A DNA stretch of 64,000 nucleotides from the NCBI GenBank assembly GCA_000708835.1, contig DF237415.1, forward strand, positions 1-64,000, in the 5' to 3' direction. The stretch is from Klebsormidium nitens. Lineage: Eukaryota; Plantae; Klebsormidiophyceae. The position numbers and the translations under genes were made by a program. How positions within the stretch are numbered: position 1 is the stretch's first letter; each line of letters opens with the position of its first letter. This document shows, in pieces, positions 23,454 to 43,000 of this stretch. The notes under the pieces are model-generated. The model was not told where the DNA came from. It ran no database searches and saw only the letters and a program-made list of their open reading frames with translations.

Positions 23454-26400
23454 TCACTTGTTGGTGACATACTGGATGCAGCCCTCCGCGGCGCGCTCCA
23501 GCAGCCGCGCCCGCGCCGCTTCGGCCACGCCTCCCTCCTGCAAGCCGGAAAATCTGTCAGCTTCAGCGGGACGCATGCGGGCAGGGCACGTGGGCACACC
23601 CCAGGCCAGCAGGCTGCGCGCAGGCGGCGGGGCGGGAGCGGCGGCGGCGGCGCTCACCTCTTCCGGGTACCACACGCCGGGCTGCGTGGCGCCCTCCAAG
23701 ACGGCCTGCGCAAACGCGGCGGTGGCAGTGCCCACGCACCTGCACCACCCAGGCGCCGCAGTCAGTGGGCGCAGCAGCCGGGGACAGCGCACAGCGAGCG
23801 CACCCTACTGCGTCCATGGCCACGACCCAGCGTGTGCCATGGGCGAAGGGAGGGGCTCACTCGGAGAGGCGTTTGTGGGAGTAGAGGGAGGCGGCGCGCA
23901 CGCCGTCGGAGCAGTCGAGGTCGACGCGCATGGCGCACGCCTCGCCCACACGGCCGTCCACTAAGCGCACCAGCGGCTCGCTCAACGAGGCCAGGCCCGC
24001 CACACGGCGGCGGTCGTTCAGAAAACTCTGCACAGCCACAGCCAGCGACGCGCGCACTCTTCAGCCGGAGCCACGTGCAGACCGGGGCGTCGTGGGTGGG
24101 ACGGCCCCCTCCCGCACGGACATGACCACGAGATGTACAGTGCAGATTCGCAATGCCTCCCCGCCCGGACACGCCATCTCAACTTACAGCCCGCCAGCCA
24201 GCAGGAGCAAGCATGGCAGGTCGTGCACCGGCGCAGCGGGAGGGACCATGACCACAGACGAGGGGCCCACACTGGGGCGGGCAGGCCAGGGGAGGCCTGC
24301 TCCCGACACTCCGCCGACCCGTCAAGCCAAGGCCGGAAAGTTGCGATAAGGACGAAGGCTCCGCTGTGCTCGTGTGCCTTTCTTAAATAATTAGGGTGGG
24401 TGGGTGGGCAGGATTGCGGGTGGGTGGGAGGGGGCGGCAGCGCGCACCCGCGGCAGGAGGCCAACAAGCTGCATGGCGGTGTTCCAGAAGAAGGGCGCCG
24501 TGCCAAAGCGCGCGCTGACGGAGGGCACGCCCAGGCTGCGGTGCACCGACTCCACCTCGGGCAGCTGCCTGCACGCACGCGCGCGCCGCGAGGCAACGCA
24601 CGCGTCAGGCAGCACACACACAGGCTCACAGCAACGGGATCCATCAGGGCAGGCAGCCCCATCCGCAAGCAAGGACATGTGACGTGCTGCATCAAAGCAG
24701 GCAACCTCTTTCCATGACCAGATCTGTACACTATGGTAGCGCATTGGATCACGGTGACATCGTGCGGCAAAGCCACCCCCGCCAAATATGCTTGGCAGAA
24801 AGGGGAGGGCAACCGCAAGGAGGGGCAGAGGTTGCGCACTGGAATGTGCACCCTTTGGTGGAAGGTGGGGTCAAGAAGAGGGGAGGGCGGCAGGGCTCAC
24901 AGCAGGTAGACGGCGCGCTTGCCGATGCCCTTGCCAAAGTCGACGGTGGTACCGCCGCTGTACGGCTTAAGGCGCACGGGCTCGCCTGCACAGGGACACA
25001 GGAGAGCGAGGGGAAGAGGGGGCGCCAGCAAACGAGTCGAAGAAAAGCTACATGAGCCTTACATCCGGTACTAGGGGCGGGGCCAGCCAGAAAATCATCA
25101 ATCCATGCGAGACAAAATTAGAGTGAGTCACCCCCAGGCAGCCCGGCTGGCCACAGCGCAGTATCTGCAGCCTGAGTCAGCATGTTGGGACAAGATGGCA
25201 GACTCGCTGCCCTCTGGCAGCGGTGTGCGGCGCACCTTTGCGGTAGGCCACCACGTCCTCGCCCATGAGCAGGAATGACGTCTGAAGGATGACCGGGCCA
25301 GCGCCGCCGCTGCCCGCAGTGAAGTAGGAAAACCTGCGGGGGCACGGGCAAAGCCATGAGCGGGGCAGCGGTGGGGCCAGCACAACTGGGGAACAGACAT
25401 GCCCACCAAGATGACCTCCAGCCTGCATCCATTGGGCATTATAAGGACATCAACAAGAGCAGGCATGGCCGCCCCCTCCCCAGGGCCCCTGTCATCCCGA
25501 GCTTGCCTGATCCGTTCGGGCGTGCGCTCCCCCCCAGCATCGCCTTTGGCAGTGCCCCTCCCCGCCTCGCGCACCAACTCCGCCGCCATCACTGCACCGC
25601 GCCCCGCCCACGCTCAGGCAGGCAGGCAGGCAGGCAAGCAGCAGGGGGGCCGCACAGGCAGGCGAGACAGCAATCAGGGGGCCAGTAAGGGAAGGGGAAC
25701 CGGTGGCAGCAGGCCCGCGCAGAGGGGGCCACTACGAGGGTGATCCCCCGCAGGGCGGAGCAGTGTGCGGGGGGGCCAGCTGCGGTCTCACAGTTGCTGA
25801 CCCCGGGGTAGATGCCCCCCGTGGTGATGGCCGCCACGCCCGCCTGGCGCGCAGCGTCGTGGTAGCCCTTGGCGCGCAGCGCATACGAGCAGTCGTCGCA
25901 CACGTCCACGTACGCAGTCTGGAGCACAGACAGCGCACAGCGGAGGTCAGCGCAGGGAATGGCCAAGTTGGGGCAGGCGGGCGGCAAGAAAGGGAGGCAG
26001 GGACAGGGGGGGACGGGATAAGAGAGGGAGGGGCGGCGGGTGCGGCGGTGTACCTTGGTCTCAATGCAGGCCTCCAGGACATTCATGGCCCAGGGGTGGG
26101 CGGTGGCGCGCTGGAAGGGGCCCGCCGTGTGCACCACCACGTCCGCACCTGCAGCAGGCCCGCACACTACTCACACACCAAGGGACACGCGCAGCCTGGG
26201 GCACCGCGCTGACGTAGGCAGTGACAACAGAACTCGCTCTGCCACAGATTTGAGGAAGCAAGGCGAGGGCAAGCACATGCGGCAAGTGCCAGGCCGGCCC
26301 CCACCCCCCTCTTAGAGAAACCCCGGGTGGCTGGGGGGCGGGCTCACCCTGGACGGCCGCCAGCACGGAGGCCTTGTCGGTGATGTTGCACTCGAGGAAC

Positions 26401-27106
26401 TGGGCCTGGGGCACGCTGGTGAGGACGCGCTGCGCCCGCTCCCTGGAGCAACACACGGACCCGCCGCGCTGAGAGACAGCGCCGCGCCAGGCGAAAAAAC
26501 AGGCAGGGCAACCATGAGGGGAGCTGGCGCCACCAGCAACACGGCAGACCACGAATCAGGCAACAGCCCCCACCCACTTTGCGATACATCCTTGCTCACA
26601 AAAGAAACCGCCCGCAGGGTGCGCCCTGCCCCAGCTGCCGCGCCTCACCTGCTCCTGCCGGCCACGACCACCGCCAGCGCCTGCTCCTCCTCCCCCACCT
26701 GCACCGTCCTGCGCGCCAGCGCCGCCGCCGTGGACCCGCCCACGCGACCTGTCCCCCCAATCACCAGCACGCGCTTGGTGGTGGGGGCCGCCCTGGCAGG
26801 CGGGCGCGCCTCCGCAGGGGCCTCTGAGGCAGACACCGCCCCACGCACCAGGGGAAGGCGCCCGGGGGATGGCGCGTGCGCATGGGCAGGCAGGGCCGCA
26901 GGGCGCGGCAGCCAGGCAGGGGCCCAGGGAGCGGTGGGGGTGGTCCGAAGGGGGGAGCAGGGGCCAGGCAGCCAGGCAGGCACAAGGGCGGGAATCAAAG
27001 CGCGGCTGCGCCCCACCTCACGAGAGACTCGAGGACGAGAGGGGGCAGGAAGGCAGGCTGGCCGCCACAAGGGAAGGGCAGCGCAGGCACAGGAAGCATC
27101 GGCCAT
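23454..27106 (-). CDS. Plastid-targeted saccharopine-dehydrogenase-like NAD(P)-binding oxidoreductase (spliced)
   Basis: An Ala/Pro/Arg-rich transit-like N-terminus precedes VLVIGGTGRVGGSTA (Rossmann fold). Further exons read ADVVVHTAGPFQ, YVDVCDD, ITTGGIYPGVSN, FSYFTAGSGGAGPVILQTSFLLMGE, LPEVESVHRSLGVPSVSARFGTAPFFWN, VRLVDGRVGEACAMRVDL and GTATAAFAQAVLEGATQPGVWYPEE. Confidence 0.85.
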
Positions 27107-27841
27107 GCTGGCGCAGCGCCAGGATCGGATGGAATCAACTTAAGCAATAAAGCGGCAGCACCGTTTCAAGTTGAGGACAAGGTCTTGAGAACTTGAAAAT
27201 TCAAACTCAGGCGAAGTTTCAAGCGCAGCCTGGTCGATTGTCAATGTAGGGAGCCATTGTATGAGGAGGGAGGCGTGCCGCGTCAGTGTCTTCAGACCGC
27301 AGCCTCAGCACTGGTCGCGTATCGACCATTGCGCGTTCAAGACTACCGCCCTATCTAAACCCAATTGCTCCGAGGAGCAGCAGCTTATATTTTGCTACCG
27401 GCCGCGCGTGGCCACCGCCAACAAATACGGAGGACTCCGGCCAGCGGCGCGGCCAGCCAATTGATGTACCGGTAGTGGTCGCTGGAGTGGAGTGGCCCGC
27501 CCGGTTCTAGAGCCCGGTCACTGCGACTCGTGAGTCGTGGCGGCTTATGTATGCCTGCATTTACATGGATATGATCTCCTTACCTGTATATGAAGTACCT
27601 AAAGTCAAAACCTGGCATCCGCACGTCGGAAGCACGGACTTCCCTGACTTCTGAACGCTGAAGGATCCTGAGCTGCTCAATGCTGGTGGCTGTCGTCTGG
27701 GAACTCTGCACAGGGAACTTAAAATTATAGAAGGAGGCGGCCCTGGAGGGCCAGACAGCGCGCGATCTCCAGAAACCTAAGGTTGCAACGGGTCTGCTTC
27801 TGACTGGCTGACTCCTGCGCTTCTGATTGTTGCGCCCTTTG

Positions 27842-32954
<5,113 letters not shown>

Positions 32955-34251
32955 CAGTCGAGTCGTTGTTGCCATCGGACGAGGCCGGGGTTGGCAAGCA
33001 GGACGTGACGCAGGAAGAAGTTGACCGCGTGCGCATGGGGGAGCTTCTGAAGGCAAGGGCATGTCAACTTCCCTGTTCAGCTGTAGCTGGTTATGCCCAC
33101 ACTCCGCTGTTGCTCTTTGCTGGAGGCTGTGTACACGGCTGGTAAAACACGCAGGGCGATAGTGCATGTCTTTACCGTTGGAAGACTGGGGAGGACATAG
33201 CGCTGGTTTGAACGGCACCCTTTGGGTTGAGGGTAGACTTCAATTTTCCGTGTATTGAATCATTGACACACGCAGGCGTCTCAGGTCATGCAATGGATGC
33301 AAACAATGAGCTCTATCTTGTCATCAACGTATTACATACTTTGCACTGATCCCGATTGGCAATATTAGCACGTACTACAAATGGTTAAATCTTGACACCA
33401 TCCAGACAGTTGATTGAGCACGTGAACTTTCATATGGGCCTCTGGCAGCTTTGGCGGTTGCAGTTTCTTCGACCACCGTACGTGTATAAGCTAAATACTA
33501 TGATTTTGAAGTAAGTTAGGCAGTCTTGATCAGCAAGAATGCGGCTCTTGCGGGGTTGGTACAGCTGTGGCCCCACGAGCTAGAGTCCTTGAAGTTGCCA
33601 AGCTGGTTGTTGCATTGATTAATGCTTATCACATATGGATAGCAATGCATACCAGCGTACGCATGATACATGTCATTATTTGCAATTACCGCGTCGATCG
33701 TCGCTGTATCTTAGACTCATCGATATAATGGTAAACATATCGATCTTTTCATACTGCTAGCTCTGGCCAGCCGCGCTGCGCTGCCATGCAGGAGATGTCG
33801 CAAAGTGTTGAAGTCGGATCGAGCTAGCCTGCTGCGGGCCGCGCCCCAGCCAGTTTTAGCTTGCGTTCTCCGCGGCGCCTCAACCACACCCTGAGCTAGC
33901 TACAAGCAAAGGAGATTGGTCACTCACTACAGGCTCGCTTGACTGCATGGAACTTATGATGTTAGTCGACATGTAGCACTTGCCTGGCGATGCCAACTAA
34001 CATATTGCACCTGCATTGATGGTGGATGAGGGACCATCTACAATGGTATGGATGACAGCAAAGGCCCTGGGGCCCATGACTGCATGTGTCAAACTGGCAT
34101 GCAGCATGCAGCATCGATCATGCGCATGTCAGTGTGTTGTATACATGGAGGGGTCGTAAAAGTACGTGTCCCTGCTACTATGTGTCGATCTTATCCACAG
34201 CTGCCACTATGATGATTGTGACCAGACGTCACCACGCATGTCATGGCATGG

Positions 34252-35600
34252 TCAAGTAAGTTCTCGCTTTACTGATGGCTTATTGCCTGTTTTCTTTTTG
34301 TCTCTCTTTTCCTTTTTCTTCAATGCATCCATATGCGCCTTCAATACTGTCGCATAAGCTGTTTGGAATCGGGCAACTTCTTTGACGGAAACCTGGAGAA
34401 ATGCAGACCCACGTGAGGCTCAACAAAAGCTCCCCGCTTTCGCGTCTGTGTTTGCACCGGAAGCTATCCAACAAGTGAACACTGAGGAAGATGAGCAACA
34501 ATGTGGTCGTGCATTTGCCCCTTGACAAGCATATCACGCCCCAACACGAGGTGGACACGAGGTGGTACCTCACCGCTGTGCTGATCTTCTTCTTGCCATC
34601 GGTGGCCCGTATGAGGCACTTGTAGTCCGCCTCCGCGGGTGCGTCCCCTGCTGCTGCAGGCGCCCCCTTCTTCTTTGGGCCTTGCAGGGCAGCTGCAAAT
34701 AAGCCACAGCATCACTGATGCACGCAAACAAGACATGCCCCGAACAGGCCAGGGCGGGAAGTTGTCCAGCAAGCCGAGAATCAGAAGGCAAGGACTGCCA
34801 GACAACATAATAAACAACCTGCACGCAGCAAAAGCTGCATTCCCAGCTACTCCACACCTTTGGATAACTGCTCAGGTGTCTACGTCAGGCCGACAGCTGG
34901 GCAGCTAGCGGCCCACCTTTGGCAGCCACTTGAGACAAACCAGACACTTGCCTTCCCTTCTGAAGGCGAGAATCCAAAATGGTTGCGATCCAAACTTTGG
35001 GTAGACCGCTAAGATCCCCCGCAGACTATCAGATCAGGTTCGCCAGAGAAGCCAGTAGCTTTCACTTCACAATCAGTCCCCTCTGAAATTGGAGCTTAAA
35101 TGTGCTTTCAAAGCAATCCTTCCAGTTACAAATGGCCCTCAAGCAGTGGCCGGACAGAGAGCAGTCCGCGAGAGGACGGGCGCCACTGCTGCCCTCCCCG
35201 CAACCGCCAGGGCCTGGTGCTCTACTCTGCGGGGGGGTTGGGGCTGCCCCGCAGCTCAATTGGCTCTACGCACAACCTGAGGGCGTTGCAGGGTAGCGTG
35301 GTGCGCTGCACACTCACATCGCTTGCAGGTGATCCACACAGTGCGTGCCGGCCCGGTGCTGCTCTTATTGCGCTCGTACAGCTTGTTCAGCTCATTCAAG
35401 AAGGGGTCCGGCTCCAGGAACACCTGCACGCAAGCCCCCGCACAGGGCGCGGCACCGCCAGTCAGCACCCTCCTGCGCGGTCATCCAGAGCAACTAGGAA
35501 ACACAGTGCATGGCTGGCACCGGAGAGGACACCCCACTCCGGCACGTCAGACCGGCAGCACCTTCCTTCCAAGAAGCTAAGCAAGGCACCCGCTTACCAT
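34252..35600 (-). CDS. SRP14: Signal recognition particle 14 kDa protein (4 coding exons; the first contributes only the ATG)
   Basis: ATG|gtaag at 35600, then VFLEPDPFLNELNKLYERNKSSTGPARTVWITCKR, ...YKCLIRATDGKKKISTA and VSVKEVARFQTAYATVLKAHMDALKKKEKRDKKK...stop. Intron phases are consistent. Confidence 0.92.
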
Positions 35601-36233
35601 GCCGCCCAACCAACCTCCGCTAAGACGGCTGCCAGCTTATGGCAACGCCGACGCCAACGCCAATGGAGGGGCCGCTTCCTTGGAAGCTACCTCCCGACCT
35701 CCTACTACTAAGTCCTACCCGGTATGTGCCATTGCTACATCCTAGCTGCAGCCTCATGCCAATGGCCCTGGGGTCTCATGGGCAGGACGAGGCTGGGAAC
35801 TAGAGGGGCCGCCGCGCTGCCCCAACTTGGTAACGGCTGAGCTGCCTAAGCCATCGTAATGCATCGGACGGACAAAGTTCACCGTGGTCTGTGGTTACGC
35901 GCCAACATATGCCCTGAGCGCCACACGATGCCTTCTAACCTGCCATCGACGGCGGCAACTCCGTTTCCAGAACTTTCACCGACTGTTCTGCGTGGTGCAG
36001 TGCGTTGCGCCAGATCGGTGCAAGAAGCCTGTCCAGCGCCAAAACTCGTGAAAGGAGAGCTTGGAAGTTGGAATCTGGATGAAAAGGCGCTGATACATCA
36101 TACATCTCAGGAGACTTGACTCGTGAGCCTGTAGCGAGGCTTCTCCCTGGGCGTATCCATCTTGCGTCTTGTCCGGTGCTTCTGTTGGGCCCTTAAGCGG
36201 TCTGAGGATCTGAGGACGGCTGTTGCACAAGTG

Positions 36234-39200
36234 ATGGCATCAAGTACTGCGTGCGTGCATAGTATAAGTGGATTAAGTTTTGGCACAGGGTTCGGTAATG
36301 CTGCAGAGCACAGCCGGCGCGAGCTGTATGCAGAGCGCAGGCTAGCTCCCCGCTGCCAACCTTTGCCTGCTGCAACGCCAGCGTCATGCAGGTACGTCCC
36401 CCATGCTCAAGACACCTGCCCGCACTTTCTCTTCTGCTGCTTCTGCTTCCCCCTTCTTGCCAGCCCCTCCTGTTTTGAGTGGTGTTTTTGCCCGTTTGGC
36501 TGCTTCTCCCCTTTTCACATGTCGTCGTGTGCCCCACGTGTTGCAGGCTTGCCAGCAGCTGCAGCAGCTTTGGAGGTGGCAGCACCCCCTTGCGGTGGCA
36601 GGCCCCGCCCAGATCTAGCAGCCAACACGGGCGGCACCGAGGTCGGCGGCTCTCTGTCAGGGCAGCCAAGGTGAGCCGGAGCGAAGCGCTTTTTTGAACT
36701 GCGTTTACATCGGACAGAGGCAGGCCTGGGCTCCAGCGCGCGGGGGGCGTCCTCTATGCTTGCTGCTTGCGGCCTGCGGCTTGCGGCCCCACAGGCGGGT
36801 CTGACTTGTGGCGGTGGTGCGTGTGCAGGACTACTATGAGGAGCTGGGGGTTAGCAAGACAGCGGAGAAAGCGGAGATTAAGAGTGGTGAGTGCCGCACT
36901 GCAGCCCTGCCAGCCGATGCCGCAGCGCGGGCTCTTCAGGCAGCTCCACTCGTTGCGGGCTGTGGTGCACTGAGCAACCATGGCGGATTGTGTTGGATGC
37001 AGTGGCTGCCACTGAGATCTTCCAGGGACCCCGTATTGGTGCGCTTGCTTCCCAGCGCTGCCGGCTGCTGACCAATCGCGGGCCTGTGCGCAGCGTACCG
37101 GCGGCTGGCGCGCAAGTACCACCCAGACGTGAACAAGGAGAAAGGCGCAGAGGAGCGCTTCAAGGCCATCAGTAATGCATACGAGGTGCTTTCCGATGAT
37201 GAGAAGCGCGGCATCTACGACAAGTTTGGGGAGGCTGGCCTCAAGGGGGGGGCCGGAGGCGGGCCAGGCATGGTAAGTAGCACCACGCGCAGCCCCGAGG
37301 GCCCGCCCCAGCCGGCCGCTGAGCTGGGGCAGATGCGTCCTGGGGGCAGGGGCCCACGGACTGTGCCTTGCTTGATGGCAGAGCAGGGGGAGCAGTGGCG
37401 CTTCCAGCACCGTCCCCAGATCATATGGTGGCAAGGCGCCAGTGAACGAGAACAGTTGTTGAGGGAAAGGTCGAAACAAGTTACTCGCGGAAGAATGAGA
37501 AATATCATTTTTTGAAGGTTGTCAGGCGTTTAGTTCACTCCTGAGAGAGATCCGCATATGATTGTCCCTGTTGTTCAGCCAGTTCTGCTTGGGTCTCCTT
37601 CTTTTGCTTTGCTTCCTGCGGTGGGCCAAAAGCAGCCATCTGTCGGGCCCCGCCCCACGGAGGCCCTCTTCTCCTTGCTGCCGTAACTTGCCATAAAGGC
37701 TGCTGCTGTGCCTGAGCTTGTTTTGCAGATGCAGGCTCTCGAGTCCCTTGTCAACACCGCAGGTATTGTGGCCTTGACCAGAGTTGGTTCCCAATTCAGT
37801 CGAGCCTTGCATGACGATTTTCAACCATACCCGTCACTCGCTTGCCTACAGGACTTTGAGAGTCCGTTTGACATCTTTGAGACGTTCTTTGGCGGAGGGA
37901 TGGGCGGGCGCGGCCGCGGTGGTGCGCGCGCCGGCCCGACCATGGGCGACGACGAGCGGCTGGACATCACGATCGACTTCAAGGACGCCGTGTTCGGGAC
38001 GACCAAGGACGTGGACGTGAGCCGCCTCGAGGTGTGCGCCACCTGCAGCGGCAGCGGGGCCAAGCCGGGGACCACCCCGCGCACGTGCGCCACGTGTGGC
38101 GGGCAGGGCCAGGTCATGTCGGTGGCGCAGACGCCGCTCGGCAACTTCCAGCAGGTGTCCACGTGCCCCACCTGCTCCGGGTCAGGCGAGGTGAGGCCCG
38201 CCACCGCGCATAGCTGCAGGGCCCCTCGCAAGATGCGCACGGGGGGTGGGGCGCAAGCCTGGGTCATGTGTCTGGCAAAGCTGTGCGGGGACCTGCCTGG
38301 CGCAGGTGTGAAAGATCGATATGGTCTCTTAGCTGATACAGTCGAGCTTGGACGGACGACTCTAGAATCTATAAGGGGCCATCTACTTTATTTGTCAGTT
38401 GTGTTTTTCTAGCGTCCAGGCTACGCTCTGCTGTTTGAGCGTGGACGTTCTGGACGACAGTTGCCGTTTTCGATTGATGAAGAGCCGTGAAATGCATTTT
38501 CGAGCGAGCTCCCCCAAGCTGGCATTTCCAGTCCTGCGCACTATTTCTCTGCGGGCATGCACCTTAGAAGCTGAGTGTCGGGATTTGCCCGACGTCAGCA
38601 GCTACCTTCCTACGGCGTCGGATTTGCACGGCAGTTTTGTGAGGGTCTTGGCAGCGTTCAATTGGCTGTGTCCATGCATGACCTACGCCCAATCCAAACT
38701 AACTGGGTTTTTGGAGTCACTTCTGAAGAAATTTTCCTTCCGCGGCTTCGTTTGTTAACCAAAAACGGACGTTGTGGTTCGCTGTGTGGTCTTTCGACTG
38801 CTCCCAGGGCGAACAAGAAGAGGGAAACATGGCCACGGGCATGCGGCCCTCCTTAGCTGCCCACTGTCGAGCCGGCTCCGGCCCAGATCCATGTTGCTCG
38901 TATTGCCCGTGCGCCTGGCTGCCCCGGCTGCTCGCTGACTGCGTGCTGGCGGTGGTGGCGTGCAGCAAGTGGACCCGTGCGGGACGTGCAGCGGCGACGG
39001 CCGTGTGCGGCGCAAGAAGTCGCTGAGCCTCAAGATCCCGGCCGGGGTCGACACGGACAGCCGGCTGCGCGTGCGCGGGGAGGGCAACGCGGGGCGCAAG
39101 GGCGGCCCCGCGGGCGACCTGTACGTGTTCATCCGGGTGAAGGCCGACCCGGAGCTGCGGCGCGACGGCAGCAACGTGCTGGTGTCCGCCAAGATCAGCT

Positions 39201-40089
39201 ACCTGGACGCCATCCTGGGGACCACCGTCAAGGTCAAGACCGTGGACGGGCCCGTCGAACTCAAGATCCCCGCAGGTGAGCCACCCAGGACCCTTGTACG
39301 ACTGGTTGAAATCAACATGTCATTGAGCCCAACCCTGGGTAGCAGCCCGAGAGAGGGCCTGCTGGGAGGGCGATCAGCTGATGGAGATTGGGTGTTGCAC
39401 GTGCATTGTCCAGGAAGTTTGCCGCAGCTTGCGGGCAAGTTTGTCGGGGGGGGCGATCTTGAAAATGTACTGGACGCAGCAGCATGCAGAGTGTTCCACG
39501 CGTTCGACCAGCCGTAGGCTCGCGAGGATTTCCGAGGACCAGCACAGATTCGCTGCAGAATGGGTAAAATGTGGTACTTCCTTTGTTTGCTTTCGTACTT
39601 GGAGCTTTGATAGTTTGATGCATGCGAACGGTCAAAGCTGGATCCTGCCAAGAGCCGGCTGCTTCTAGTCGGATTCAAGAGGCAAACTGAGGGGATTGTC
39701 AGCATGCTGCTTCCAGCGCGTGCGCTTCGGTTGTGCCCACGCCGTGGTCGACATGCGGGCCAGCCACAGCCGGGGGCTCCTACAGCGGCTGATCGAAGGG
39801 GGGCAGCTGACGTGCGCCCTGCAGCTGTCCGGGCACAGCGGACGCTGTCCTTCCCGCTCCTGCTGCTGGCTGTGCTGACTGCGCCCGCGTTGCTCGTGGT
39901 GGTGCAGGCACCCAGCCGGCCACGACGCTGGTGATGTCCAAGCGCGGCATCCCGCAGCTGAACCAGCCCAGCCTGCGCGGCGACCAGCTGGTGCGCGTGC
40001 AGGTCGAGATCCCCAAGCGGCTCTCCCCCGAGGAGCGCAAGCTGGTCGAGGAGCTGCGCGACATCAACAAGGTCGCAGTGGCGCGGTAG
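36234..40089 (+). CDS. dnaJ: Plastid type-I DnaJ (Hsp40) co-chaperone (spliced)
   Basis: A transit peptide ending RRLSVRAAK precedes a J-domain (DYYEELGV...[11 protein letters not shown] motif), a G/F region, four CxxCxGxG zinc repeats and a C-terminal domain (IPAGVD...GDLYV...). Stop TAG at 40087-40089. Confidence 0.95.
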
Positions 40090-43000
40090 GAAGAAGGGGC
40101 GCGGGCGCTAGGAAAGAGGTCCCGCTGTTCACAAAGTCAAACGGTATCGAGGTAAGCACTCGCGCGAGTGCAGTGCATGAGTGGAACCTACAGCTTTGGA
40201 AAGCAGTATCGGGGGTCGACATTGAACCGTTCGTTAGACCGTTTGTATATGGTGACCACACAAGTGATTGATGATCCAAAGATTCATTTGGATGCATCAT
40301 ATGTCGCCTTCATATTTCCGCACGTATGGGGGGAAGGCTTATGAGTCATGTGAAGTCTTTATGCTACTGTTCTGCTGGTTGTCTCCAGCTTGATTTTTTC
40401 ATAGGAGATGGCGGACATCGAGTTGAGAAAGTCACAGCAATTGGTGGCAACAACAAGCCAACCTCATATTTGCAAATACGGTTAGGTTGCGGGTGGTCAA
40501 TTTTCAGCAAATTACTATATGCACACGTGTGTTCGTATCCGATCGAGACCGGGCCCCGCTCCACGGCCATGGAGATCATCAAGCTGCCGGGCTAAGGGAC
40601 CATTCTTAATCGGTTTACTCTATAGGATTGATGTGCTTCAGTGTGTTTGACCGGCCACATGATGGATGATGTCCAGGCTAGGTCGAACTCGTTCATCACA
40701 CAAGGCTCTATTGGATGGTGTCGGCCATGCAATGATAGGGATATCCTGACTGATATAACCCGAGGGTTAAGGCAGAACTGCGATGTGCGCGCTAGCTCGC
40801 GCGGCGAATGCAAGGTATTATAGTATCTCGAGCTATGTTACTAATCGCATATCAATGGCCGGCATAACTTGTTGTACGCCTGCCAGGCGTATCCAGTGCT
40901 GATCGGAAGCTTCAGCAATAACTTTCAGAACCACACTTGATGCATATGTGCCCAACTGGATCGAAGCTATCGTCTGCCGCGGCCACATGATGCAGTCAAA
41001 CTATATGAGTTATATGTAACGTACGTACACGCACATGTTGAACGCATACTGAGCATGTGTCAACGCATATTCCGAACATGAAAGATCAATGCATGATCTA
41101 GGTATACATGAATTTCGATATGGCATGCATGGCTGCAGCCGCGCCGATCCGCGTCATGACATAGAATAGTCTTGCTCAATCACATGCAATTAGGATCGAT
41201 GCATCATTGCGTGATCGAGCAAGGTTATCCTACGTACATTGCCCTGTGCATGCACTATTTTAAATTGGATTTTATAAATCACATTTATTCGAAGTCGTAA
41301 TCATTTGTCGGTTCATATCTTTGTATATTGCTCAGATCCTCAAGATAGACTAGAATCTCAATTCAGAATTGCTTTTGAACTAGGTACATAAGAGTCATGA
41401 TCCGTTGTATCTGTCATGCGCAGAATTGAATCGCCATGTACATGTCAGACCTCAAACTGAATCACAAGAACCATTTATATACACTACTAACCTTAACATT
41501 CGCATAATGGAAAGTGCACAACAAGTTGGAAAAGAGCAGGTTCATTCTCTAAATGAGAGCGCTGTTTTCAAAGCGAGTCTGGTCCCGTCCTAAGCATGTA
41601 TGAGAAAGAAATGACCATGCAACGAACTTGAAAGAGAATTGTGATCCACACAGCCCCGTAAGAAAGACTTCCCCTCACTAGTTTTTCGGATCCACTTGCA
41701 TCAATCTATGATTCTAATAAGAGGTTACGAAAACTTCAAAATCAGGTAATTATCCACTGCCACACCGCCATCAATCCCGTAGTATCAAGGACGCCGAGGA
41801 CCTACGGCACAGCAACCACATGTCAAAGGAGAACTCACCTGGCACCTATGAACCATTGAGCACCTGACACTTGTAACTTCACCAGCACCTGAGATTATCC
41901 CCTTTCTTATGCGGCAAGTTCCCTTTCGAAACAGGCCAACTCACCGCTCTGGTGAATGGTTGCAATAAGATAGATAAGTCAAAGCACATCGTACTGAAAC
42001 ATGACCTTGCCAAATCCAATGATTTAATCCTGGAAACAGAGAACCCGAATGGTAGCTAAAGCACGATAGAGGTTCGAACTTCAGCACTTCCAAGCGAGCT
42101 TTCCTGTTGCGAATTACAAGAAACCAGACTTCGAAATCGGGCTGTTACTTGGGAGCCACTATTTTCGTCAAGTCAATGTTGATAAGAGGCATGTCGACTT
42201 TACATGTAACAAGCTAGACGCATGTCAAGCAGTCCAACTTGCAGCTGGTTAGAGCAGTCCAAATTCCAAATTCCCTGGTCAAACTCAGCACGAGCTACAA
42301 AGCCTGGGCAAATGGGGTCATGATGACTTGCAAATGACAGCTGGACCTTGAGTAAGATGAGAGACTAATGACGGCCTATTGTCACCGCAATTGAGAAGCA
42401 AGCCCTGAAGTGCTGTCTGCCCCCTTTTGAAGGCATTCAGATCTGAAACACACCTGGTCGCAGATTGTCTTCCCGGTGTTCGCTTCAGCAGCCAGTCCTG
42501 CTGCCACTCCTAGGAGAGCTAGTGCCCCATTCAACTCCTCCTTTTGACGCTCCTTCTGCACAAGCGCTGACCCTGCTTCATGCTTCATCCACCATTGCCT
42601 CATCTACCGACATTATTACAAAGCTTCTGTGGCGGAAGGGAGGGCTGTCATCAATGGATCTTTTAGTGCTGATGACAAGCTGACAGTCCCGAGATGGAGT
42701 GTTGCTTGCTGGTTGTTGCTGCATAAGAGTGCTACCAAAATATCCTCACAGCAAATCTGCTACTTTTGCGCCGCTGCTCCAGCTGCACCAGTGCCAGTTG
42801 CTTTGCCACCACGGGATCCACCATCTCCTGGGACCTGACCTCCGGCGCCATGCGCTTGTTGGCTTGCGGCGGCATCCGGGCATCCTGCACCTGCACAGCT
42901 CACCCGTTTTGATTCACCAACATAAGCGGTAGACATGAACTATCACGTCTGGTGCCGTTTAGCTCTGCAACTGGCAACAGTGCAGTGCATCATATCAACA

